Of a DNA stretch of 64,000 bases, positions 27,697-36,623 are shown piece after piece. Position 1 is the stretch's first letter. Every line of letters begins with the position of its first letter. Where the stretch lies: contig CAZVNP010000012.1 in assembly GCA_964628285.1 (NCBI GenBank), positions 726 through 64,725 on the forward strand, written 5' to 3'. Source of the DNA: an uncultured Lentimicrobiaceae bacterium (GTDB lineage Bacteria > Bacteroidota > Bacteroidia > Bacteroidales > JAGONC01). The notes under the pieces were generated by a model, which saw only the letters and a list, made by a program, of their open reading frames with translations, was not told where the DNA came from and made no database searches. A program made the position numbers and the translations under genes.

Positions 27697-29835
27697 TTAT
27701 TTTACAACGACCTTTCTGGTCATCACCCCTTCATCACCTTTCACCTGGAGGATGTAAACACCGCCGGCCAGTCCGGTGATGTCGAGCGGCACATTCCGTT
27801 CACCGGCTGTAACCCCCATGCCGGTGGAATAAATGGTGCTGCCGGTGAGATCCATCAGCGCTATGTTGATTTTCCCGTCTTTCTTAGCATTAAATCTCAG
27901 ATTCAATGTATTATCGACCGGATTGGGATAGACACTGAAATAGGAGAACAAATCAGGCTCCTCAACACCCACATTGTCAATTTCATAGAAGGCATCGAAG
28001 CCGTGGCCGTTGATGATGTTATTGGTGTAAAATACGACCATTAACGGTCCGACACCGGTGACATCGGGCGGGACAAATGCCCCCGAAAATTTCCCCAGTT
28101 CGACGGGAGGACTGGATGAGAGATCCAATATTTGCACATAGTCGTTATCAACTTCCAGGTTGAAGTTAGTGAAACTGACGGTGATATGGCTTGCATTGGG
28201 GACAGCTATTTTCCAGCGGCACAGGGTGTTTTCCTGATAATTTTTATCGCCGCTGCCGTCGCTGAAAGTTCCTGTCGGTTCGGTCAGCACGGTCATGCTG
28301 TTGCAATAGCTTGGTTTATGGGGTGTGATCTTAATCTGCCATCCCGTTGCCGTGCCGCTGCCGTCGGTGACAAAGGTCACCAGGACATGGTCGCCCGTCG
28401 ACTGCATATCACCCGGTATCTGGCTGCCTGAGAAGCTGCCCAGAAGGGGAGCGGCGGTAGTTTCACCGTCGTAAATGCTGACGATATCGTTGCTTCCGGT
28501 ATTGAATTTTTCAAATCCGAGGGTATAATAGACCACCGAGTCCTCCTCTTTCGGTGTGATCGTCCAGCTGCAATCGGCGTTGTTCTGATAGTCATCCACG
28601 GGGCCGCTGCCGTCTTCAAAGGTACCGCTGGTGGTGTTGATGACCGAAGGACCGTTACAGTAATATGGGTATGTGTTGCCCACATCATCGGGATGGATAT
28701 TCATTACGATGGCCTGGTTGTATGCAAACCCATCCGGGTTGTTAACGGAATAGTAACCGTCGTCCATGCCGCTCCAACCAAAGTTAAAATGGAACATATT
28801 GGGGGTTCCTTCCTGGTATCCGTCACAAACGAAGGCGTGGCCGGTGGTTCCGTCGTCGCCCGAATAATATAAAGGCCAGCCGTCGTCCAAGTTACCCATA
28901 ATCATGGTTTCCCACTGCGACTGCGTATAACCCTGCCGTCCATGGTACACTGCTGAGGAAGAGTAACGGAAAAAGTTGATAAGGGCAGGAGGTACATTCT
29001 GGCTTTGTGCCCCGGAACCATTCACGCCGTATTGCATGCTCACCGAGACACCGGCATGGTACATCAGTTGTGCCACCGCATAGGAACTTTGAGCCGGGCT
29101 GCCGGTAGTGTACTGATTCAGCATGGCATTCCAGTCATAATAGGTCTCCCCGAAATTAGCCGATTGATAGCCGTAGGTCGGCAGATAATATGTTTTTGAA
29201 CCTTCACCCACAAGAGGGAAACGCCAGTAAAACATGATCTGGGCCATGCAGGTGGCCACACAGCCTGTCCAGCAATGACCTCCTGATTGTGAGGCATTCT
29301 CATCGGCAGGACAGAGCAGATTGTAGGGCGCTCCCTGATCCCATTGCGAGGAAATGAGAGGTTCGATGTCACGCCCTCCCCGTGTGTTCAGGGTGTTAAC
29401 ATCGGTGGTCAGGTAATGTGCCCAGGATGCCGCCGTCTTCTTCTCAACCTGGTAATTAGTTTGCCGCGCCCATACCACCATGTCACTGTAATGTTTCATC
29501 CAGCCCAGGATATTATCCATGTTTTCCTTTATATAAAAAACACCGGTATAGGCATATCCGAACACCGGAGTCAGCACATCGTCGGCGGAGACAATGACAA
29601 AGCCTCCCTGACTCATGTTAAAAACATAATAGGCCGGCTCATTGCCGTTCATCTCAGTGTATGTTGTCAGAACGTCAATGGCATTATAACTGACAGGCTG
29701 ACGGTACCGGCTCATCTTCTCAAAGTAGAAATTCTTTGCCACCAGTTTGGCCTGATCGGGATCGACTTTTTCAGCAACAGCGAAACTTGCCACACTGACA
29801 AGCATCATGCATAAGAGGAAATGTTTTATCTTCAT
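27697..29835 (-). CDS. C10-family cysteine peptidase with propeptide, two CUB-like domains and T9SS CTD (tandem paralog)
   Basis: 712 aa with the same architecture as the previous gene: VDPDQAKLVAKNFYFE, APYNLLCP...WTGCVATCMAQIMFYWRFP, TGHAFVCDGY, SGTFEDGSGP...CSWTITP...VSIYDGET, and CRWKIAVP. The CTD reads FSVYPNPVDNTLNLRF...GVYILQV. Confidence 0.85.
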   Translation of the reverse strand: MKIKHFLLCMMLVSVASFAVAEKVDPDQAKLVAKNFYFEKMSRYRQPVSYNAIDVLTTYTEMNGNEPAYYVFNMSQGGFVIVSADDVLTPVFGYAYTGVFYIKENMDNILGWMKHYSDMVVWARQTNYQVEKKTAASWAHYLTTDVNTLNTRGGRDIEPLISSQWDQGAPYNLLCPADENASQSGGHCWTGCVATCMAQIMFYWRFPLVGEGSKTYYLPTYGYQSANFGETYYDWNAMLNQYTTGSPAQSSYAVAQLMYHAGVSVSMQYGVNGSGAQSQNVPPALINFFRYSSSAVYHGRQGYTQSQWETMIMGNLDDGWPLYYSGDDGTTGHAFVCDGYQEGTPNMFHFNFGWSGMDDGYYSVNNPDGFAYNQAIVMNIHPDDVGNTYPYYCNGPSVINTTSGTFEDGSGPVDDYQNNADCSWTITPKEEDSVVYYTLGFEKFNTGSNDIVSIYDGETTAAPLLGSFSGSQIPGDMQSTGDHVLVTFVTDGSGTATGWQIKITPHKPSYCNSMTVLTEPTGTFSDGSGDKNYQENTLCRWKIAVPNASHITVSFTNFNLEVDNDYVQILDLSSSPPVELGKFSGAFVPPDVTGVGPLMVVFYTNNIINGHGFDAFYEIDNVGVEEPDLFSYFSVYPNPVDNTLNLRFNAKKDGKINIALMDLTGSTIYSTGMGVTAGERNVPLDITGLAGGVYILQVKGDEGVMTRKVVVK

Positions 29836-29866
29836 GATTTAATGTTTGTTTCTGTTCGACATGCGG

Positions 29867-29874
29867 CAAAAATA
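29867..29874 (-). promoter_or_regulatory. Putative -7 promoter box (TAnnTTTG)
   Basis: TATTTTTG on the minus strand, 31 nt upstream of the ATG at 29835. Confidence 0.35.
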
Positions 29875-30060
29875 GTAAAAAGAAATTAGGGGGGCCGGTA
29901 TTCAAACATATTTTATCAATTGGTTATTCACGGGTCAGGCATGATCAATGACACCTTTGCGTGAGAAAATAAACGGTATTATTACCCAACATGTTGAATG
30001 TCAATGAGAGGCCGGATTATATTTTCTCCTCTTTTTTTTCTATTTTCGTGGCGGATTTTT

Positions 30061-31314
30061 ATGAAAAAAATACTCATTAAAAACATTAAAGAGCTGGTGC
30101 AGGTCAGTAATGACCCGGTTGAGAAGCGGGCGGGTGAGGAGATGTCGCACCTCGAAACGGTCAGGGACGCTTATCTTCTGATCGTTGATGGGTATATAGA
30201 AGATTTCGGCAGGATGGCGGATCTCGACGATGAGGTGTCCTATACTTCCGGAGATGTTCAGCATCTCGATGCTTCCGGCAAGCTGGTTTTACCGTGCTGG
30301 TGTGATTCGCACACCCATCTGGTTTATCCCGCCAGCCGTGAGACCGAGTTTGTCGACAGGATAAAAGGACTCTCTTATGAAGAGATAGCACGAAGGGGAG
30401 GGGGCATCCTGAATTCAGCCCGGAAAATGGAGACAATATCCGAGAAGGAGCTTTATGATCAGGCGTTCCTGAGGCTGAAAGAGATATCTTCTTACGGCAC
30501 CGGCGCAGTGGAGATAAAAAGCGGTTACGGCCTGACGGTCGATGCCGAGCTGAAGATGTTGCGCGTGATACGTCAGTTGAAGGCTTCCTCACCGTTGACC
30601 GTCAGGGCCACCTTCCTGGGGGCTCATGCCGTACCTGTGGAGTACCGTGGCCGGCAGGAGCAATACGTGGATAAGGTGATCAATGAAATGCTCCCCCGTA
30701 TAGCCGGCGAGGGCCTGGCCGATTTTGTCGATGTGTTCTGCGACAGGGGTTTCTTTTCCGTCGACGACACCGCCAGAATACTGGCGGCGGCGGCCAGGTA
30801 CGGTCTCAGACCTAAAATACATGCCAACGAACTTGATTACTCCGGCGGCATCCAGACAGGCGTTCGTTATCAGGCTTTGTCGGTGGATCATCTGGAGCAT
30901 ACAGGTGAAGAGGAAATAGCCGTCCTGCAAGGGTCGGACACAATGCCTGTGGTTTTGCCCGGTGCGGCGTTTTTCCTGGGATTGCCGCCGGCACCCGTAC
31001 GCAAAATAATTGACGCGGGCTTGCCGCTGGCACTTGCAAGTGATTTCAATCCCGGCTCGGCACCCTCCGGCAATATGCAGTTCATTTTATCACTGGGCTG
31101 CATCATTTATAAAATGACGCCGGAAGAAGCCATCCACGCCGTGACGCTGAACGGCGCCTATGCCATGGGCGTGGAGAAAGAGCTGGGAAGCATCACCAGG
31201 GGTAAAAAGGCAAATGTTTTCATCACGAAAGAAATACCATCATACAGTTACATGCCCTATTCGTTTGGTGACAACAAGGTGGAAACGGTCATTTTAAACG
31301 GTGAAATGGTGTGA
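30061..31314 (+). CDS. hutI: Imidazolonepropionase
   Basis: Amidohydrolase-fold motifs CWCDSHTHLVYP, FLGAHAVP and HANELD are present. The ORF opens at 29998, but the homolog-like N-terminus MKKILIKNIKELV is at 30061. Confidence 0.9.
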   Translation: MKKILIKNIKELVQVSNDPVEKRAGEEMSHLETVRDAYLLIVDGYIEDFGRMADLDDEVSYTSGDVQHLDASGKLVLPCWCDSHTHLVYPASRETEFVDRIKGLSYEEIARRGGGILNSARKMETISEKELYDQAFLRLKEISSYGTGAVEIKSGYGLTVDAELKMLRVIRQLKASSPLTVRATFLGAHAVPVEYRGRQEQYVDKVINEMLPRIAGEGLADFVDVFCDRGFFSVDDTARILAAAARYGLRPKIHANELDYSGGIQTGVRYQALSVDHLEHTGEEEIAVLQGSDTMPVVLPGAAFFLGLPPAPVRKIIDAGLPLALASDFNPGSAPSGNMQFILSLGCIIYKMTPEEAIHAVTLNGAYAMGVEKELGSITRGKKANVFITKEIPSYSYMPYSFGDNKVETVILNGEMV

Positions 31315-31332
31315 ATTTAAATTACTGCTGTC

Positions 31333-33021
31333 ATGAAGCAATTGATTGAATGTGTCCCGAATTTCAGTGAGGGAAGAGACAGAGCGGTCCTCAGGCAGAT
31401 CACCGATCAGATCGAGACGGTGGAGGGGGTTCGCTTGCTGGATGTCGATCCGGGTGAGGCCACCAACAGGACGGTGGTGACGTTTGCAGGTACCCCCGGC
31501 GAGGTGGTGGAGGCAGCCTTCAGGGCCATCAAAAAAGCCTCCGAGGTGATCGATATGAGGAAACACAAGGGTGCTCATCCCCGCTTCGGTGCCACCGACG
31601 TATGCCCGCTGGTGCCCATTGCCAACATCACAATGGAGGAAACGGTCGTTTATGCACATAAGCTGGCCAAACGGGTAGGGGAGGAACTGGGCATCCCGGT
31701 CTATTGTTATGAATTTGCCGCCACAAAAGCCGAAAGGCATAACCTGGCCAATTGCCGCGCAGGCGAATATGAGGGCCTGAAGGATAAGCTGGCCGACCCC
31801 AACTGGAAACCCGACTATGGCCCTGCAAAATTCAACGCACAGAGCGGCGCCACTGCCGTCGGTGCCAGGAATTTCCTGGTGGCCTATAACGTGAACCTTA
31901 ACACGACCTCCACGCGGCGGGCCAATGCCATCGCCTTCGACATCAGGGAACAGGGCCGGGTGGTCAAACCTGATGATCCTCAGGCCGTAAACGGCATACC
32001 GGAAAATAACGGCGAGAAAGTCAGGATTCCCGGGACGTTGAAGAAAGTGAAAGCCATCGGATGGTTCATCAAGGAATATGGTATTGCTCAGATATCCATT
32101 AACCTCACCGACATCATGGTGACGCCTATCCATGTGGCTTTTGACGAGGTCTGCAGGAAAGCTGAGGAGAGGGGCATCCGTGTCACCGGCTCGGAGATCG
32201 TCGGGCTGGTGCCGTTACAGGCCATGCTGGATGCCGGCAAACACTACCTTTGCAAACAGCAGCGGTCACTGGGCATCCCCGACAGGGAGATCATCCGCAT
32301 TGCCGTCAAATCGCTTGGACTGAATGAATTGTATCCTTTCGACCCCCGGAAGAAGATCATTGAGTATATTCTCGAAGATGACAGTAAGAATAAGCTGGTA
32401 GACATGAGCCTGAAAGATTTTGTATATGAAACGGCTTCCGAGTCACCGGCGCCGGGGGGAGGATCAGTGTCGGCATACATCGGCAGCCTGGGTGTGGCCC
32501 TGGGAACCATGGTGGCCAACCTGTCGGCACACAAAAAAGGTTGGGATGACCGCTGGGAGGAATTCTCCGGCTGGGCCGAGAAAGGCAAATATTACCATGA
32601 CGAGCTGTTGAAGATGGTTGATGAGGACACAGACGCGTTTAACCGCATCATGGCGGCCTTTGATCTTCCCAAAGGCAGTGACCAGGAGAAGGCTGAACGA
32701 AAAACAGCCATCGAAGAGGCGACAAAGACGGCGATAGAGGTTCCCTTCAAAACGATGCAGCTGTGCCATGAGTCGATGCAGGTGATGAAAGCCATGGCCA
32801 TGAGCGGCAACCCGGCCTCGGTGTCGGATGCCGGCGTGGGAACCTTGGCCGCCTTGGCAGCCGCCAAGGGTGCTTTCCTGAATGTCAGGATAAACGCTGC
32901 CAACCTGGAAGACAAGGCGTTCGCCGAAAAGAGACTGTTGGAAGGAACCCGGATCATTGAAGAGGCAGAGAAACTGGAAGAAGAGATACTATCTGTCACT
33001 TTATCAAAAATCAACAGATAG
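31333..33021 (+). CDS. ftcD: Bifunctional glutamate formimidoyltransferase / formimidoyltetrahydrofolate cyclodeaminase
   Basis: 562 aa. The N-terminus LIECVPNFSEGRD is the classic formiminotransferase start. The C-terminal cyclodeaminase motif is SESPAPGGGSVSAYIGSLGVALGTMVANLS. Confidence 0.9.
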   Translation: MKQLIECVPNFSEGRDRAVLRQITDQIETVEGVRLLDVDPGEATNRTVVTFAGTPGEVVEAAFRAIKKASEVIDMRKHKGAHPRFGATDVCPLVPIANITMEETVVYAHKLAKRVGEELGIPVYCYEFAATKAERHNLANCRAGEYEGLKDKLADPNWKPDYGPAKFNAQSGATAVGARNFLVAYNVNLNTTSTRRANAIAFDIREQGRVVKPDDPQAVNGIPENNGEKVRIPGTLKKVKAIGWFIKEYGIAQISINLTDIMVTPIHVAFDEVCRKAEERGIRVTGSEIVGLVPLQAMLDAGKHYLCKQQRSLGIPDREIIRIAVKSLGLNELYPFDPRKKIIEYILEDDSKNKLVDMSLKDFVYETASESPAPGGGSVSAYIGSLGVALGTMVANLSAHKKGWDDRWEEFSGWAEKGKYYHDELLKMVDEDTDAFNRIMAAFDLPKGSDQEKAERKTAIEEATKTAIEVPFKTMQLCHESMQVMKAMAMSGNPASVSDAGVGTLAALAAAKGAFLNVRINAANLEDKAFAEKRLLEGTRIIEEAEKLEEEILSVTLSKINR

Positions 33022-33347
33022 CCGGCCACTTTTTTTACTGATAATGAACGGCACACACTAATCATAAGTTGTGGTGCGTTACTATTAAAGAACTTATCAT
33101 TTTACTCAGGCGAAAAGTTTTTTTGGATAATTCCGAAAAAATGCTTATATTGGAAACACGTATGCAATAAGCTGATATATTAACGGAGCCGGCTTCCATT
33201 ATCAATTGCATTCGTCAATCCTGGTTTATTTAAACCTTTAAAAATAAGTTTAAAAGAGTTCCGGCGGGTCAGACCTATCCATCTCGCCGCGGAAGGATTT
33301 TGAATTAAATACAAAATTTATGAGGATAAACATTAAAAATTAAGAAA

Positions 33348-35624
33348 ATGATAGAGTACAGAGAATTATTGACAACTGACCGTTTTAAGAAGGAGATCAG
33401 CAATCTGGATCAGGTGGGCATTAGTCCCAAGGCTTACCGGCTGATGCGTCAGTTGTTGAATGAGAATCCCAGGCTGGAGGATATCCTCAGACGGTCGGAT
33501 CATGTGGAACAGGTACGTCACGGTATCAGACACTGGGCGTTGCAATACATGGAGAAGAATCCGTCAGCATTTCGTTATTACAAACAGGAGGTGCAGGGCC
33601 CAATGCATTACAATAAGTTAACGTGGAAGGATTTTGCTGCCATACGCCTGCTCGACTACCTGGATCATGCCGGGGAACGGTATACCGATCTGAATCTGCG
33701 TGGCTATAAAGTGTTGAATGCCCCTTTCAAGCTCCTTTTTCTGGCTTATAAAAACGGTACCGGTGGCGCCTCACCGTCATTTTTCGAAGATATGATCGAA
33801 CTCTTCGCTCAGTTTACAGGACAGAAGGCCCGTATGCGATTTAGCAGTGAGGAGGTGATGGCATGGATGGAACGTTATCCTTCGGGTTTGCAACCCGAGG
33901 TGGTTGATATACGCTCACGCAACAGGGAACGCATATTGAATATCATCATCGACAAGTTCGACAAGGGTCTGATCACCCGGCCACGCTTCAGCTTTGACGC
34001 CGGTCTCAGCCGGCAGGAGAAATACCGTCAGGCGCTGGAATGGTGGAACGACTGGCATTTTCACCTGCATTTTGCCGTCAGGTCGGCCGACCTGCTCAAT
34101 GAGATGCTTGACAGAACGGTCGATACATTCACAATGAAGATGCTCTACAGAGCTGAAAAAAAAGGTATCCCTATATTCGTCAATCCTTATTACCTGTCGC
34201 TGTTAAATGTGAAAGCGCCGGCTTTTGTCATGGGCGCCGATCTGGCTTTGCGCAGCTATGTTTTTTACAGCCGTCATCTCATCAAGGAATTCGGCAGCAT
34301 TGTAGCCTGGGAGAAAGAAGACATCGTAGAGCCCGGCAAGCCGAATGCAGCGGGATGGCTCCTGCCTAACTCATATAATATCCACAGGCGTTATCCCGAT
34401 GTGGCCATCCTCATCCCCGATACCGCCGGCCGGGCTTGTGGAGGGCTGTGCGCCTCCTGCCAGCGCATGTACGATTTTCAGAGAGGCCACCTGAATTTTG
34501 ACCTCAACAAGCTGCGACCCAAGGGATCCTGGCCTGTCAAACTCAGAAATCTGCTGTCCTATTTTGAAAATGATTCGCAGTTGCGTGATATCCTTATCAC
34601 CGGCGGCGATGCACTGATGAGCCGTGATCAGTCGCTGAAGATCATCCTCGATGCCGTATATGATATGGCTCTGAGGAAACGCCAGGCCAATGAAAAAAGG
34701 GAAAATGGTAATAAATATGCCGAGATGGTGCGGGTGAGGCTGGGTACACGCCTGCCGGTATACCTGCCACAGCGCATCACGCCGGCGTTGAGCCGCATCC
34801 TGAAGGAGTTCAGGGAAAAAGCCTATGGGGCGGGCATAAAACAATTTATCATACAGACTCATTTTGAATCACCCATGGAGGTGACACCCGAAGCCAGAGA
34901 AGCCGTGGGCAGATTGCTGTCGGCGGGATGGATGGTCACCAACCAGCTTGTCTTCACCAGCAGCGCCTCACGACGTGGTCACACGGCCCAGTTGAGGAAA
35001 GTGCTCAACGACATCGGCATCCTGCCTTATCACACCTTCACGGTGAAGGGTTACATGGAGAATTACAGCAACTTCGCCAATAACGCCAGGGTCATGCAGG
35101 AACAGGAGGAGGAAAAGATACTGGGAAAGATCATGCCACATCATTACAGCACCTTCAGGGATTTTCCCCTTGACACCGATGACATGGTTTCCCGTCTGGA
35201 GGCCATGAGGAAAACCCACCATGTGCCCTTCCTGGCCAGCGACAGGAATGTCCTGAACCTGCCCGGCGTGGGTAAAAGCCTGACCTTCCGTGTCATCGGC
35301 ATCACCCGCGACGGCCGCCGCATCCTCCGATTCGACTATGACCGCTCGCGTAAACATAGCCCCATCATCAACAAAATGGGTAAAATCATCATCATCGAAT
35401 CCAAATCGGTAAGCGATTATCTGGCTCAACTTGATGAGATGGGCGAAGATATGAGTGAGTATGGCAATATATATGGTTACTCCATCGGTGAGACCAAACC
35501 CCAGATGCCGGTCTTCGATTACCCCACATATGACTTCGATGTTACCCGGCACCTGACCAACCTCGATGTGAAAAGTAATTTCACACTGCTGGAGAAACTT
35601 CTGGAAGAAAATGCCTTTATGTAA
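33348..35624 (+). CDS. Long-form KamA-family (lysine 2,3-aminomutase-like) radical SAM / PLP enzyme
   Basis: 758 aa. KamA-type landmarks are WWNDWHFHL, NPYYLSLL and HRRYPDVAILIPDTAGRACGGLCASCQR, which holds the CxxxCxxC at aa 364/368/371 (nt 34437-34460). It also has ILITGGDALM and the PLP-lysine context NLPGVGKS. Compared with ~416-aa KamA there are about 225 extra N-terminal and about 100 extra C-terminal residues. Confidence 0.8.
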   Translation: MIEYRELLTTDRFKKEISNLDQVGISPKAYRLMRQLLNENPRLEDILRRSDHVEQVRHGIRHWALQYMEKNPSAFRYYKQEVQGPMHYNKLTWKDFAAIRLLDYLDHAGERYTDLNLRGYKVLNAPFKLLFLAYKNGTGGASPSFFEDMIELFAQFTGQKARMRFSSEEVMAWMERYPSGLQPEVVDIRSRNRERILNIIIDKFDKGLITRPRFSFDAGLSRQEKYRQALEWWNDWHFHLHFAVRSADLLNEMLDRTVDTFTMKMLYRAEKKGIPIFVNPYYLSLLNVKAPAFVMGADLALRSYVFYSRHLIKEFGSIVAWEKEDIVEPGKPNAAGWLLPNSYNIHRRYPDVAILIPDTAGRACGGLCASCQRMYDFQRGHLNFDLNKLRPKGSWPVKLRNLLSYFENDSQLRDILITGGDALMSRDQSLKIILDAVYDMALRKRQANEKRENGNKYAEMVRVRLGTRLPVYLPQRITPALSRILKEFREKAYGAGIKQFIIQTHFESPMEVTPEAREAVGRLLSAGWMVTNQLVFTSSASRRGHTAQLRKVLNDIGILPYHTFTVKGYMENYSNFANNARVMQEQEEEKILGKIMPHHYSTFRDFPLDTDDMVSRLEAMRKTHHVPFLASDRNVLNLPGVGKSLTFRVIGITRDGRRILRFDYDRSRKHSPIINKMGKIIIIESKSVSDYLAQLDEMGEDMSEYGNIYGYSIGETKPQMPVFDYPTYDFDVTRHLTNLDVKSNFTLLEKLLEENAFM

Positions 35625-35648
35625 ACCGGCCGACCGTCACATTTCCGG

Positions 35649-36332
35649 TTATCTCCCCGGTACATCAAAGTTTCCGGAAGATTCCTGCTGCGAAGCATCA
35701 CGAGACGGTATTTTCCTGTTTTTATCCTGTGACATGACGCTCAGCATTTCTTCCAGCAGGTTCCTGTTTATCTCTTTTCCCTTGCCCCAGTGCCATTGGG
35801 CATAAGCCGTGAAATAGGGTAGTTTTAGCAGTTCCAGGGTCTCCAGCATAAATGTATAGACGTTTATTTTTTGGGGTTGATGGCTGTTACGCTCGGTACG
35901 GAGCATGAGGGAAGTCTCCAGGCAGTCTTTATGTGAGAGATGGAACATGTCGGCGTCACAGACAATCTCTTCAAGGATATTATGCGGAGAGTGTGGCATT
36001 TTTGTCGCCTCAATGCAATGGATGACAGCCTGGATGACTTTATCTCCCGCTTCACAGGATGCCAGAAATTCCTTTGCGATACGGATGCTTTCAGTTTCAT
36101 GGTCGTGGTAATTGACGGTATACCCGACGTCATGAAACCAGGCGGCCAGTTTGACAATTTCTATCTCTTCGGGTGTCAGGTGTGAATTTTTTCCTATCAG
36201 AGCCGCGACCTCCGCCACCTCATGTGTATGCTTCAGATTATGGTAGGTGAATCCTTTCGATTCAGTATCCTCGAGAATACCGGTGACATATTTTTCGACT
36301 TCCGTCAGCAGGGTCATGACCTTCTTTTTCAT
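35649..36332 (-). CDS. HD-domain metal-dependent phosphohydrolase
   Basis: 227 aa with YHNLKHTHEVAEVAALIG...AAWFHDVGY...CDADMFHL, the H...HD...D pattern. Confidence 0.8.
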   Translation of the reverse strand: MKKKVMTLLTEVEKYVTGILEDTESKGFTYHNLKHTHEVAEVAALIGKNSHLTPEEIEIVKLAAWFHDVGYTVNYHDHETESIRIAKEFLASCEAGDKVIQAVIHCIEATKMPHSPHNILEEIVCDADMFHLSHKDCLETSLMLRTERNSHQPQKINVYTFMLETLELLKLPYFTAYAQWHWGKGKEINRNLLEEMLSVMSQDKNRKIPSRDASQQESSGNFDVPGR

Positions 36333-36427
36333 AGAGGTGGCTAAATTAAAGATAATTGGAGTGTTTTAGCATTAAGCGGTATGTAAAAGATGGGCTCATG
36401 TTTCTTTATCACTCAGACACAGAAGAG

Positions 36428-36512
36428 AAGCGATTAGCGAGGAGCAAATAACGATTTACGAAAAAATACTGAATTAAATCATAAATCGCTTTTCGTTACT
36501 CGCTAATCGCTT
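36428..36512. repeat. Long imperfect inverted repeat (hairpin) in a divergent intergenic region
   Basis: AAGCGATTAGCGAG (36428-36441) pairs perfectly over 14 bp with CTCGCTAATCGCTT (36499-36512). The arms extend imperfectly to about 32 nt each around a 21-nt AT-rich loop. Confidence 0.7.
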
Positions 36513-36517
36513 TTCTA

Positions 36518-36525
36518 TATTTTTG
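36518..36525 (+). promoter_or_regulatory. Putative -7 promoter box (TAnnTTTG)
   Basis: TATTTTTG lies immediately 3' of the hairpin and 98 nt upstream of the ATG at 36624. Confidence 0.3.
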
Positions 36526-36623
36526 CAGTCAGAGCCCTAATCGTTGATGTTCATTTTCTATTTACAAAATATTGAAAAACAGGATTTAGTTAAACCAAAT
36601 ATTCATTTCAACAATTTTAAAAA

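Noticed and set aside
29893-29907. GGCCGGTATTCAAAC resembles the T-arm of the tRNA-Ala gene (GCCGGATTCGAACC on the plus strand), raising the idea of an att duplication bracketing the C10 protease pair.
   Set aside because: The match is only about 11 of 14 nt. It lies on the 5' side of the tRNA gene, not beyond its 3' end, and no integrase is present, so it is most likely chance.
31294-32133. 279-aa ORF antisense to ftcD.
   Set aside because: It lies entirely inside a gene with unambiguous FtcD motifs on the other strand and has no recognisable motifs. It is Gly/Arg/His/Pro-rich, as expected for the shadow frame of GC-rich coding DNA.
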